The notes: generated from the letters alone by a model not told the origin. 53,602 bases of DNA from Candidatus Aminicenantales bacterium (GCA_049512315.1 JBEKXF010000007.1:62001-115602), one strand, 5' to 3'. Shown: positions 1 through 9,775, counted from the first letter of the stretch. Made by a program: numbers and translations.

Positions 1-247
1 AAATCAAGTAACTGACATCTGTCATAGGAACGTCCCGCGAGATGGTTCGCGAAGGATCTCGCCGGCCCTACCTTAAATCATTCGCGGCGGCAAAATCAAA
101 TCGGGGGTCGGCGTCGATGGGCCCCTTTTGACTTTCGACGGAGGCCTGTGTTAGATTGGCGGCTTCCGCTGATGACCCACAGAGCGAACCAGATCAAGAC
201 GATGCCCTCCGGCACCGTCTCTCTTTTTATTCCGAGGAGGATTCCCA

Positions 248-2368
248 ATGAGGAAAAGCCTTTTTCTTCTGACCGTCATTCTCTTCGCGGCCACGGGCTG
301 CGCTAGGAAGGCCGTGGAACCAGCCGCCGCCGTCAACCCCCTGGTCGCGGAGTTCGCCACTCCGTTCGGCGTCCCGCCCTTCGACCGGATCAAACCCGAG
401 CACTTCATGCCCGCTTTCGACCAGGGGATGGCCGATCAGAAGGCGGAGATCGCGGCCATCGTGAAGAACGGGGAGGCCCCGACCTTCGCCAACACCCTGG
501 AAGCGCTCGACAGGAGCGGGGCGCTCATCAAGCGGGTCGGCGCCGTTTTCAGCAACCTGAACTCGTCCAACACCAACGACCAGATGCAGCAGATCGCCAA
601 GGACGTCGCCCCCAAGCTGGCCAAGCACGCGGACGACATCGCCCTCGACGCGGGCCTGTTCGCCCGCGTCAAAACCGTCTACGAGGGCCGCGACAAGCTC
701 GGCCTGAACGCCGAGCAGGGCCGGCTGCTCGAGAGAACGTACAAGGAGTTCGTCAGGGGCGGGGCGAACCTCGCTCCCGACAAGCAGGCCCGGCTCCGCG
801 AGATCAACAAAGAGCTCTCGGTCCTGACCGTGAAGTTCGGCGAGAACATCCTCAAGGAGAACAGCGCCTTCGAGCTCGTCATCGAGAAAGACACGGACCT
901 GACCGGCCTGCCCCCGGCCGTCGTCGCCGGCGCGGCGGAGGCGGCCAAGGACAGGGGCAAGCCCGGGAAATGGGTTTTCACGCTCGCCAAGCCGAGCCTC
1001 ATCCCGTTCCTCCAGTACTCCGAGAAGCGCGACCTCCGGGAAAAAATGTTCAAGGCCTACATCATGCGGGGGAACAACGGCAACGAGCTCGACAACAAGG
1101 CCAACGCGGTCAAGATCGCCAGCCTCCGCGTCGAACGTGCCAACCTCCTCGGCTACAAGTCGCACGCCGCCTACGTTCTCGAGGAGAACATGGCCAAGAC
1201 CCCCGAGGCCGTTTACGCCTTCCTCGGCAAGATCTGGAAGCCGGCCGTGGCGAGGGCCAAAGCCGAGGCCGCCGAAATGCAGGCCATGATCGACACGAAA
1301 GGCCGGGGCTTCAGGCTCCAGCCCTGGGACTGGTGGTTCTATGCCGAGAAAGTCCGGAAGGCCAAGTACGATCTTGACGACAGTGCCCTGAGGCCCTATT
1401 TCCAGCTCGAGAACGTCCGCAACGGCGCCTACGAAGTAGCCCACAAGCTCTACGGGATCACCTTCACCGAGCGGACCGACATTCCCAAGTACCAGGAGGA
1501 CGTCCGGGTCTTCGAGGTGAAGGATGCCGACGGCTCCCACCTGGGGATCCTCTACGTCGATTACTACCCGCGCCCGAACAAGGAGGGCGGGGCCTGGATG
1601 AGCAACTACCGCGAGCAGTCCGTCCGGAACGGCGCGGACATCCGGCCGGTCATCGTCAACAACGGGAATTTTTCCAAGCCGACGGCGGGCGAGCCAGCCC
1701 TGATCAGCTTCGAGGAGGCCACGACCCTTTTCCACGAGTTCGGCCACGCCCTCCAGGGGCTGCTATCGAAATGCACGTACGAGAGCCTCTCGGGAACGAA
1801 CGTCCGGCGTGATTTCGTCGAGCTCTGCTCCCAGGTCATGGAGAATTGGGCCACCGACCCCGCGGTCCTCAAGATGTACGCGAAGCACTACAAGACCGGC
1901 GAGCCCATCCCCGACGCTCTGATCGAGAAGATCAACCGGAGCAAGTTCTTCAACCAGGGCTTCGAGACCGTGGAATATGTCGCGGCCTGCTTCCTGGACA
2001 TGGACTGGCACAGCCTCGCGCAGCCCATGGAGATCGACCCCCTGAAGTTCGAGGCGGAGTCCATGTCCCGGATCGGCCTCATGCCGGAGATCGTCAGCCG
2101 CTACCGGACGACCTATTTCAACCACATCTTCAGCAGCGCGATCGGCTATTCCGCCGGGTATTACAGCTATATCTGGGCCGCCGTGCTCGATTCCGACGCC
2201 TTCGAGGCCTTCAAGGAGACGAGCCTCTTCGACCAGGCGACGGCCAGGTCCTTCCGGACGAACATCCTCGAGAGGGGCGACACAGAAGACCCCATGGTCC
2301 TCTACAAGCGCTTCCGCGGCCGCGAGCCCCGGATCGAGCCGCTCCTCAAGAAGAGGGGGCTGGAGTAA
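248..2368 (+). CDS. dcp: M3 family peptidyl-dipeptidase/oligopeptidase, probable lipoprotein
   Basis: HEFGH zinc motif, GGAWM, DFVE.SQ..ENW, YSAGYYSYIWA; lipobox-like ATGC; GAGGAGG RBS. Confidence 0.9.
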   Translation: MRKSLFLLTVILFAATGCARKAVEPAAAVNPLVAEFATPFGVPPFDRIKPEHFMPAFDQGMADQKAEIAAIVKNGEAPTFANTLEALDRSGALIKRVGAVFSNLNSSNTNDQMQQIAKDVAPKLAKHADDIALDAGLFARVKTVYEGRDKLGLNAEQGRLLERTYKEFVRGGANLAPDKQARLREINKELSVLTVKFGENILKENSAFELVIEKDTDLTGLPPAVVAGAAEAAKDRGKPGKWVFTLAKPSLIPFLQYSEKRDLREKMFKAYIMRGNNGNELDNKANAVKIASLRVERANLLGYKSHAAYVLEENMAKTPEAVYAFLGKIWKPAVARAKAEAAEMQAMIDTKGRGFRLQPWDWWFYAEKVRKAKYDLDDSALRPYFQLENVRNGAYEVAHKLYGITFTERTDIPKYQEDVRVFEVKDADGSHLGILYVDYYPRPNKEGGAWMSNYREQSVRNGADIRPVIVNNGNFSKPTAGEPALISFEEATTLFHEFGHALQGLLSKCTYESLSGTNVRRDFVELCSQVMENWATDPAVLKMYAKHYKTGEPIPDALIEKINRSKFFNQGFETVEYVAACFLDMDWHSLAQPMEIDPLKFEAESMSRIGLMPEIVSRYRTTYFNHIFSSAIGYSAGYYSYIWAAVLDSDAFEAFKETSLFDQATARSFRTNILERGDTEDPMVLYKRFRGREPRIEPLLKKRGLE

Positions 2369-2396
2369 GCGCGGACGATATGCTATAAATGGAGCC

Positions 2397-3653
2397 ATGA
2401 GCGGCAACGTCTTTGACGAGCTGAAGCAGCGCGGCTTCGTCGCCCAGGTCTCGGACGAGACCGCGGTCCGGAAGATGCTCGGCGGTCCTCCCGTCACTTT
2501 CTATGTCGGCTTCGACAGCACGGCGACGAGTCTCCACGCCGGGAGCCTCGTCCCCATCATGGCCATGGTCCACCTCCGCCGGGCCGGGCACCGGGCGATC
2601 GCCGTCGTCGGCGGCGGGACGACCATGGTCGGCGACCCGAGCGGCAAGAGCGAGATGCGCCAGATGCTCGACGAGGAGACCATCCTCGCCCAGGGCCGGA
2701 CCCTCCAAATCCAGCTCGCCCGCTACCTCCGGTTCGACGGCGCCGGGGCCATCGCCGTCGACAACGCGAACTGGCTGCTGCCCCTGAACTACATCCAGTT
2801 CCTCCGCGATATCGGCCGGCATTTCAGCGTCAACCGGATGCTGGCCACCGAGGCCTACAAGCTCCGGCTCGAGAAGGGGCTGTCCTTCATCGAATTCAAC
2901 TACCAGCTCCTTCAGGCCTACGACTACCTGACCCTTTTCCGGCAGTACGGATGCACCCTCCAGATGGGCGGGGACGACCAGTGGGGGAATATCCTGGCCG
3001 GGGTCGACCTCATCCGCCGGATCGAAGGGGCGACGGTCGAGGCCCTGACGTTTCCTCTCCTGACGACCGCATCCGGAGCCAAAATGGGCAAAACGGCCCA
3101 GGGAGCGGTCTGGCTGGATTCCGAGCAATTCAACCCTTATGCTTTTTACCAGTACTGGATCAACGTTGACGACCGCGACGTCGGCCGTTTTCTCCGGCTC
3201 TTCACCCTGCTTCCGCTCGAAGAGATCAAGCGGTTGGCGGCCCTCAAGGACAGCGAGACGAACGAAGCGAAGCGCGTCCTGGCCTTCGAAGCGACGAAAA
3301 TCACACACGGCGAGAAGGCGGCGGAAGAAGCAAAAGCGGCGTCGAACGCCGCTTTTTTGAAGGTCGACAACGCGGATCATGGCTTATCAAGTGACCATGT
3401 CAAATTGCTGCCGACGACCGCCATCGCCCGGGCTCGCCTAGAAGCCGGCATCAGCCCCCCCGAGCTCTTCACCGAAGTCGGCCTGACGCCCTCCCGCCGC
3501 GAGGCGAAACGGCTGATCGAGCAGGGCGGCCTCTACGTCAACGAGGAAAGGATCGACAGCCTCGAGCGGCTCATGACGCTCAAGGACGTCGGCCCCGACG
3601 GCATGCTGCTCAAGGCCGGGAAGAAGAAGATCCACCGCGTCGTCACCGGATGA
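2397..3653 (+). CDS. tyrS: Tyrosine--tRNA ligase
   Basis: YVGFD, HAGS (HIGH-like), GDPSG, QMGGDDQWGNI, KMGKT (KMSKS-like), C-terminal S4 domain. Confidence 0.97.
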   Translation: MSGNVFDELKQRGFVAQVSDETAVRKMLGGPPVTFYVGFDSTATSLHAGSLVPIMAMVHLRRAGHRAIAVVGGGTTMVGDPSGKSEMRQMLDEETILAQGRTLQIQLARYLRFDGAGAIAVDNANWLLPLNYIQFLRDIGRHFSVNRMLATEAYKLRLEKGLSFIEFNYQLLQAYDYLTLFRQYGCTLQMGGDDQWGNILAGVDLIRRIEGATVEALTFPLLTTASGAKMGKTAQGAVWLDSEQFNPYAFYQYWINVDDRDVGRFLRLFTLLPLEEIKRLAALKDSETNEAKRVLAFEATKITHGEKAAEEAKAASNAAFLKVDNADHGLSSDHVKLLPTTAIARARLEAGISPPELFTEVGLTPSRREAKRLIEQGGLYVNEERIDSLERLMTLKDVGPDGMLLKAGKKKIHRVVTG

Positions 3654-3675
3654 AACCGGCGGCCGCCGCATTCTT

Positions 3676-3704
3676 TTGACAGTCCCTGCCTCCTATGCTA
3701 TAAA
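3676..3704 (+). promoter_or_regulatory. sigma70-type promoter
   Basis: TTGACA-17 nt-TATAAA with TGn extension. Confidence 0.75.
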
Positions 3705-3765
3705 CTCCCTGATTCCTGGACCTTGTCGCGGGCGGGTCCGAAGAGACCGCCCTGGGTGAACGGAC

Positions 3766-5031
3766 ATGACGCTCGTCGAAAAGCTCAAGACCCATCCCCG
3801 CCTGCGGAGCTTCCTCCTCTTCCTGGCCGTCCTCGGCCCCGGGATCATCACCGGGAGCGTCGACAACGACGCCGGCGGGATCACGACCTACTCCGTGGCC
3901 GGGGCCTCCTACGGCTATCATCTCATCTGGACGCTCATCCCGTCCTTCGTCCTCCTCCTCGTCGTCCAGGAGATGAACGCCCGGATGGGCACGGTCACCG
4001 GCAAGGGCCTGGCCGACCTCATCCGGGAGAACTTCGGGATCAAGATCACCTTTGTCATGTTCCTGGGCCTCGTCATCGCCGACATCGGCAACACGGCGAC
4101 CGAATTCGCCGGAGTTGCCGGCAGCATGATGATCTTCGGCGTCAGCAAATATATCTCGGTCCCCATCGTCGCGGTCGGAGTCTGGCTTCTTGTGTCCAAG
4201 GGCAACTACAGGACCGCCGAGCGGATCTTCCTGTTCTTCAGCTTCTGCCTGCTGTCCTACATCGTCTCGGCCGTCCTGGCCAAGCCTGACTGGGGGAAGA
4301 TCGGCGCATCGCTCGTCCAGCCCCAGATGCACTTCGACGTCAAGTACCTGAGCATGGTCCTGGGCATCGTCGGGACCACGATCGCGCCCTGGATGCAGTT
4401 CTACATGCAGTCGGCCGTCATCGAGAAGGGCATCAAGATCGAAAACTACAAATACGCCCTTTGGGATGTCATCATCGGCTGCACGGCCACGGTCGTCGTG
4501 GCCTTTTTCATCATGGTCGCCTGCGCGGCCACGCTGAACGTCAACGGCGTCGTCATCAACGAGGCCAAGGACGCTGCGATGTCCCTCAAGCCGTTCGCCG
4601 GACACCTCGCCGCCCAGCTCTTCGCCTTCGGCCTGTTCATCGCCTCGGTGTTCTCCGCCGCCATCCTTCCCCTGGCCACCGCGTTCTACGTTTGCGAAGC
4701 CTTCGGCTTCGAGGCCGGGATCAACAAGAAGATCCGCGAGGCGCCGCAATTCTACGCCCTGTTCGGGTTCATCATGGGCATCGCCGTCGTGATCATCCTC
4801 ATCCCCGGCGCGCCGCTCATCGGCATCACCATCTGGTCCCAGGTCCTCAACGCCATGATGCTGCCGATCGTCCTCATTTCCATGATCAAGATGGTCAACA
4901 ACCGGAAGATCATGGGTTCGCACGTAAACAACGGATTCCAGAACGCGGTCGGCTGGACGAGCACGGTCGTCCTCCTGGCTCTGACGGCGACCCTCCTCGT
5001 CTCCCAGCTCGTCGGATTCATCAAGAAGTGA
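3766..5031 (+). CDS. Nramp-family divalent cation transporter, probably the Nramp-related Mg2+ (NRMT) type
   Basis: About 11 TM segments; GPG..DNDAGG in place of DPGN; GTTIAPW in place of MPH. Confidence 0.85.
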   Translation: MTLVEKLKTHPRLRSFLLFLAVLGPGIITGSVDNDAGGITTYSVAGASYGYHLIWTLIPSFVLLLVVQEMNARMGTVTGKGLADLIRENFGIKITFVMFLGLVIADIGNTATEFAGVAGSMMIFGVSKYISVPIVAVGVWLLVSKGNYRTAERIFLFFSFCLLSYIVSAVLAKPDWGKIGASLVQPQMHFDVKYLSMVLGIVGTTIAPWMQFYMQSAVIEKGIKIENYKYALWDVIIGCTATVVVAFFIMVACAATLNVNGVVINEAKDAAMSLKPFAGHLAAQLFAFGLFIASVFSAAILPLATAFYVCEAFGFEAGINKKIREAPQFYALFGFIMGIAVVIILIPGAPLIGITIWSQVLNAMMLPIVLISMIKMVNNRKIMGSHVNNGFQNAVGWTSTVVLLALTATLLVSQLVGFIKK

Positions 5032-5067
5032 CCCCGCCCCCCTCGGGGCCCTGTCCCCGGCGCGTTT

Positions 5068-5096
5068 TTGACACATGATATGTCCTGTGCTATAAG
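5068..5096 (+). promoter_or_regulatory. sigma70-type promoter
   Basis: TTGACA-17 nt-TATAAG with TGn extension. Confidence 0.7.
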
Positions 5097-5125
5097 CACG
5101 GAAGGCGGACGCCGCGGGAAATCCC

Positions 5126-6433
5126 ATGAGTACCTCTGGAGATATTGACAGGCCGAAGGAGCTTTCCGGGCCCCCGACGAGCACGCCGGGCATCGGGGCG
5201 AAAAGCTTCGTTTACATCTCCGAGATTCTGGGCCGCCCGGTCGTCCGCGCCGACGGCCGGCGCTTGGGAAAACTCTCGGACCTCAAAGTCCGGCTTGCGG
5301 AGAGTTTTCCGAAGATATGCGCCGCGGTCGTCCGACTGGGAAGAAAGAAGACGCTCGCGCTGGACTGGTCCGAAGTCGCGAGCTTCATGGGAAAGAACAT
5401 CGTTCTCAAGCCCGGCGCGGAAGATCGATTCCACCCCCTTGAGGTCAAGAGCGAGGAGATGCTCCTCAAGGAGGAGCTCCTGGACAAGCAGGTCGTGGAC
5501 ACGTCCGGCGCCAAGATCGAGCGGGTCAACGACATCCACCTCCTGGTCATCAACGAGGGCCTGAGGATCGTCCACGTCGACATCGGGCGGCGGGGGATCC
5601 TCCGGCGCCTGGGGCTCCTGCAGCCGGTCGAGGGCCTGACCAAATGGTTCTTCGAATACGAGTTCCCTGAGGTCCTGGTGTCCTGGAAGTACATCCAACC
5701 CTTGGCCAGCGACCCTCATAAGAAAGACCTGAAGCTGAACGTCGCCGCGGGCGGGCTCCACGACCTCCACCCGTCGGACCTGGCGGACATCCTCGAGGAC
5801 CTGGACCGGGAAAACCAGAATAGGATTTTCAAGACCCTGGACCTCGAGACCGCGGCCGACACCCTCCAGGAGGTCGACCCCAAATTGCAGCTCTCGCTTC
5901 TCGAGGCCGGCTCGGAGGAAAAGGCCTCGGACCTGCTGGAAGAGATGGAGCCGGACGAGGCCACCGACCTTCTGTCCGAGCTCTCCGAGGATAAAAAGCG
6001 CAAGCTTTTCCAGACGATGGAGAAGCCGAGCCGGGAGAGGCTCCAGGAGCTCCTGACCTACAAGGAGGGGACGGCGGGCCGCATCATGACGACGGACTAT
6101 CTCTCCGTCCGGGAGGACCAGACGGTCGGCGACGCCGTCCGCGAATTCAAGGATTCGACTCACCCCTTGGAATCGGTCGCCTACATTTATGTCCTGGACG
6201 CCGAGGGCCGTCTGAAGGGCGTCATCACCCTCCGCCATCTGCTGCTCATCGACAGGGAAATCCCCGTCCGGGACCTGATGAACACCCATCTCGTCCGGGT
6301 CTGGACCGATGACGACGTGGAATCGGTCGCCGAGGTCTTCAAGAAATACAAGTTCCTGATGGTACCCGTCGTCGGCGAGGAGAACGTCCTGGAGGGAATC
6401 ATCACGTTCCAGGACATCATGGAAGAGCGCTGA
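5126..6433 (+). CDS. Soluble PRC-barrel + MgtE N-domain + CBS-pair protein (no TM domain)
   Basis: LLDKQVVD..G..RVND, LHPSDLADILE, TAGRIMTTDY, two CBS repeats. Confidence 0.85.
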   Translation: MSTSGDIDRPKELSGPPTSTPGIGAKSFVYISEILGRPVVRADGRRLGKLSDLKVRLAESFPKICAAVVRLGRKKTLALDWSEVASFMGKNIVLKPGAEDRFHPLEVKSEEMLLKEELLDKQVVDTSGAKIERVNDIHLLVINEGLRIVHVDIGRRGILRRLGLLQPVEGLTKWFFEYEFPEVLVSWKYIQPLASDPHKKDLKLNVAAGGLHDLHPSDLADILEDLDRENQNRIFKTLDLETAADTLQEVDPKLQLSLLEAGSEEKASDLLEEMEPDEATDLLSELSEDKKRKLFQTMEKPSRERLQELLTYKEGTAGRIMTTDYLSVREDQTVGDAVREFKDSTHPLESVAYIYVLDAEGRLKGVITLRHLLLIDREIPVRDLMNTHLVRVWTDDDVESVAEVFKKYKFLMVPVVGEENVLEGIITFQDIMEER

Positions 6434-6487
6434 CGGCCGTGAGGCTTCGGCTCCGGCGGCCGCCGTTCCTCATCATAAGGAGTCCCG

Positions 6488-7315
6488 ATGAAGCCCGCAA
6501 AGATGAACAAGCTAATCAAGATCGTCGGCCGCTACCCCAAGGCGGTCATCGCCTTTTCAGGCGGTGTCGATTCGAGTCTGCTTCTGAAACTCAGCTCCGA
6601 CATTTTGGGAAAGCGGAACGTCGTCGCCGTGACCGGAGTCTCCCAGACCTATACGGGGGAAGAAAAGGCCGTTGCCCGTCGATTCACCAAGGAGCTAGGC
6701 GTCAGGCACGTTCTTCTCGAGACCGACGAGCTGGCCTACCGAAAATTCGCGGAAAATCCGGGCGACCGGTGCTATTACTGCAAACAGGAGCTGTATGGCA
6801 AGATCTCCCGCCTGGCCAGGCAGAGCGGAATTCCCGTCATCTTCGATGCCACGAACGCGGACGACCTCTTCGACCACCGGCCGGGCCGGAAAGCTGCCGC
6901 GGAGTCCGGGGTCCTCAGTCCGTTCGTCCTTGCGGCCTGGACGAAGAAGGACATCCGCGAGCGCTCGAAACGGCTCGGCCTGGACTCGTGGGACAAGCCG
7001 GCCAATCCCTGCCTGGCCAGCCGGGTCCCCTACGGGACCCGCATCACGGCGGAGATCCTCAAGAAGATCCACCGGGGAGAGACGTTGATCAGAGGCCTGG
7101 GTTTTCCCGTCGTCAGGCTCCGCCACCACGGCCCGATCGCGCGGATTGAGATCCCGGTCAAGGATTTCCCGCGGATCATGAGGCCCGGGACCTTGAGGGC
7201 GATCGCGTCGTCCCTCAAATCGCTGGGCTACTTGTGGATCGCCCTGGATATCGAGGGCTACCGGATGGGCAGCCTCAACCGCCCGTTGAGAAACCAAGGA
7301 CCGAAGAAGGCATGA
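6488..7315 (+). CDS. larE: ATP-dependent sulfur transferase LarE
   Basis: PP-loop SGGVDS, RCYYCK, DD..DHRPG, PCLASR, RLRHHG..ARIE, GYRMGSLN; start could be 6488 or 6503. Confidence 0.88.
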   Translation: MKPAKMNKLIKIVGRYPKAVIAFSGGVDSSLLLKLSSDILGKRNVVAVTGVSQTYTGEEKAVARRFTKELGVRHVLLETDELAYRKFAENPGDRCYYCKQELYGKISRLARQSGIPVIFDATNADDLFDHRPGRKAAAESGVLSPFVLAAWTKKDIRERSKRLGLDSWDKPANPCLASRVPYGTRITAEILKKIHRGETLIRGLGFPVVRLRHHGPIARIEIPVKDFPRIMRPGTLRAIASSLKSLGYLWIALDIEGYRMGSLNRPLRNQGPKKA

Positions 7316-8382
7316 ACGTCGCCGTCGGGATGAGCGGCGGGGTCGATTCCTCGGTCGCCGCCCTTCTTCTCAGAAACCAGGGGCATGACGTCTCGGGCAT
7401 CATGATGAAGCTCTGGCGGGAGCCGTCCTCGGCCGGGGCCGGGAAAAGCTCCTGCTACGGCCCCGACGAAGAGCAAGATATCCAGGCGGCCCGGCGCGTC
7501 TGCTCTCACTTGCAGATCCCGTTCTCTTTATTCGACTGTTCGAAAAATTATGAGGATTTCGTGCTGCGCTATTTCCGCGAAGAGTACCTCGCCGGCCGGA
7601 CCCCCAACCCGTGCGTGCGCTGCAACGCCCTGGTCAAGTTCGGCTTCCTTCCCGCCGCCGCCAGGGAATCTGGCGTCGTCTTCGAACGTTTCGCCACCGG
7701 CCATTACGCCCGCTTGGCATTCGACGAAACCTCGAAGCGTTACCTCCTCAAAACCGCCCGCGACGCGCGGAAGGACCAATCCTATTTTCTCTACCGGCTT
7801 TCCCAGGAACAGCTTTCGAGGACCCTCTTTCCCCTGGGCAAATATCTGAAGAGTGAGGTCCGCCGGATCGCCCGCGACGAAAACCTGCCGGTCCATGACC
7901 ACCCGGAGAGCCAGGATTTTTACAGCGGCGACTGGAATGACCTGATCGGTCAGCCCGGCACGGAAGGCGATATTGTCGACAGCCGGGGGACCGTCCTAGG
8001 AAGGCACAAGGGGATCTGGAAATATACCATCGGTCAGCGCAAGGGCTTGGGTATCGCCTTCCCGGTGCCGCTCCACGTCATCGCCATCGACGCGGAGAGG
8101 AACCGGCTGGTCGTCGGGCCGGAGAGCGAGACGTACCGTTCCTCCTGTGTCGCCGCCGACTGCGCCTGGATTGCGGTCGAGCGCCTGACGGGATCCCTGA
8201 AGGTCCTGGTCAAGATCCGCTCGGCATCCCGGCCCGCCCCGGCCACGATCTCACCCCATGACGGCGGACGTGTTCTCGTCAGATTCGCGGCACCCCTTTC
8301 GGCGGTCACCCCGGGGCAATCCGCCGTTTTTTACCAGGGCGATGTGGTCGTCGGCGGGGGGATCATTGAGAGTTCCGCATGA
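7312..8382 (+). CDS. mnmA: tRNA 2-thiouridine(34) synthase
   Basis: MSGGVDS, TPNPCVRCN, ATGHYA, KDQSYFL, TIGQRKGLG, TPGQSAVFY; ATG 7312 overlaps the larE stop (ATGA). Confidence 0.93.
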   Translation: MNVAVGMSGGVDSSVAALLLRNQGHDVSGIMMKLWREPSSAGAGKSSCYGPDEEQDIQAARRVCSHLQIPFSLFDCSKNYEDFVLRYFREEYLAGRTPNPCVRCNALVKFGFLPAAARESGVVFERFATGHYARLAFDETSKRYLLKTARDARKDQSYFLYRLSQEQLSRTLFPLGKYLKSEVRRIARDENLPVHDHPESQDFYSGDWNDLIGQPGTEGDIVDSRGTVLGRHKGIWKYTIGQRKGLGIAFPVPLHVIAIDAERNRLVVGPESETYRSSCVAADCAWIAVERLTGSLKVLVKIRSASRPAPATISPHDGGRVLVRFAAPLSAVTPGQSAVFYQGDVVVGGGIIESSA

Positions 8383-8424
8383 ACATCAGATCGTTCCCCC
8401 GGCGGCTGGCTGGGACCGCAATGA

Positions 8425-8760
8425 TCAGTCAACGATGAAGGCCTTGGCGCCCTTCTCCGATGATCCGAGGTGGGGATGGGCTTCGTCTTCGCCGGCCTGA
8501 AAGCTCATCCCGGCCCGGAGGGTGAAATTCCGGCCGTCCTTGAACGAGACGACGAATTCCCCCTCGAGGACCAGAAAGACATGTCCCTTGGGGCACCAGT
8601 GGTCGGAGCGGAATCCCGGCGAATAATCGGCCATCCGGACCCGGAGATTGCCGGCCTCGACGACCCGCCAGTACGATGTCCCTGTTTCTCCCTTTTGCTC
8701 CGCGGGAGGAACGTCCCGCCAGTCGGTCACTGTGAAGGGGATGATGCCCATGTCCATCAC
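8425..8760 (-). CDS. Small cupin-fold protein (DHCW-motif type)
   Basis: GETGTSYWR, DHWCPKGH, LEGE cupin motifs. Confidence 0.75.
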   Translation of the reverse strand: MMDMGIIPFTVTDWRDVPPAEQKGETGTSYWRVVEAGNLRVRMADYSPGFRSDHWCPKGHVFLVLEGEFVVSFKDGRNFTLRAGMSFQAGEDEAHPHLGSSEKGAKAFIVD

Positions 8761-8795
8761 GCGCTCCTTTCCGTCCTCGATGCCCTTCGCCAGGC

Positions 8796-9677
8796 CTACC
8801 GGACGTAAACGTAAATGTTGTGGTCCGTGCCGTTCTCGTCCTTGATCGTGATCGCCTGGGTCTGTTTCTTCTCCCAGCCGGCGATCATGTAGTTGTGCGA
8901 TACGACCCGCGCCCCGGCCCGGAGCTGTTTTTCGAGGAGGGGCCGGAGGAGGGCGTTGGATTCGGGGAGGAGATAGAGGGTCACGACCGTGGCCGGGCAG
9001 ACGTCGGCTTTGGTCGCGTCCATGCAGATGAACCGGACGAGCGGCCCGACGCCGGCGGCCCGCGCGTTCCTGTCTGAGGTCTCGACCATTTTTTTGTCGA
9101 TGTCGATGCCCACGCCTCTGGCGCCGTATTCCCGGGCCGCCGCGATCACGATCCGGCCGTCCCCGCAGCCGATGTCGTAGAGGACGTCCTTCCGGGTCAG
9201 CCGGGCGAGTTCGAGCATCCTGTCCACGACAAGCGAGGGCGTCGGGACGTAGGGGGCTAGGTCGACGGCGTCGGCCCGGCCGTGGGCCCCGAGGAAAAGG
9301 TCGATCGCCGACCCCTGGTCGTAACGGAAGGAGTAAGGCTTCCCAGGCTCGAGGGAATAAATGGCGTCCTTTTCGCCGGTCGAGAACTCGACCGCCAGCG
9401 TCTCGTCCGTCTTGTAGCGGTCGATGGCGTTGGGCGCGATCTCCTTGGTCTGAAGAGACTCGGGGCGGCGCACGGGATAGACCTTGTACGTGATCGTCCG
9501 GTCGGTGACGTTCCGGAGGGTCGTCTCGACTGCCGGAGCGGTTCCGATGGTTTTCGTGGCGGGCCCAGGCCCGGCGGGCCCCGGAGAGGGCCTGGAAAGG
9601 ACGACGAAGGCCGCGACGGCGAGAACGAGGACGACGACGAGGCCGAACCCGATCTTTTTTCTCACGCCGTCCCTCAT
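8796..9677 (-). CDS. Class I SAM-dependent methyltransferase with N-terminal membrane anchor and extra domain
   Basis: APYVPTP, YDIGCGDGRI, VVTLYL, RVVSH; N-terminal hydrophobic helix; ATG 9677 follows TTGCCC-17-TAGAAT. Confidence 0.8.
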   Translation of the reverse strand: MRDGVRKKIGFGLVVVLVLAVAAFVVLSRPSPGPAGPGPATKTIGTAPAVETTLRNVTDRTITYKVYPVRRPESLQTKEIAPNAIDRYKTDETLAVEFSTGEKDAIYSLEPGKPYSFRYDQGSAIDLFLGAHGRADAVDLAPYVPTPSLVVDRMLELARLTRKDVLYDIGCGDGRIVIAAAREYGARGVGIDIDKKMVETSDRNARAAGVGPLVRFICMDATKADVCPATVVTLYLLPESNALLRPLLEKQLRAGARVVSHNYMIAGWEKKQTQAITIKDENGTDHNIYVYVR

Positions 9678-9775
9678 GTGTTTTCTGATTCTAGCCCAAA
9701 ATCCCCTCCGGGGCAAACGCCGGCCCCGGCCATGAGAAGCGGCCGGAAGTCAAGGGAGACGAGTCGGGGGCCGGG

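Noticed and set aside
1..17. Possible IS right end (...AACTGACA)
   Set aside because: Too short, and it does not match the IS end at 53484
110..180. Fluoride-riboswitch-like GCTGATGAC
   Set aside because: The 5' half and pseudoknot do not fit, and the downstream gene is a peptidase
227..1747. 506-aa minus-strand ORF and many similar long antisense ORFs (e.g. 3643-5193, 26051-27505, 43217-44620)
   Set aside because: They overlap well-supported genes on the opposite strand and lack recognisable motifs
3726..3750. Metal-sensing riboswitch in the Nramp leader
   Set aside because: Only one GC hairpin; no yybP-ykoY or M-box consensus visible, and the leader is short
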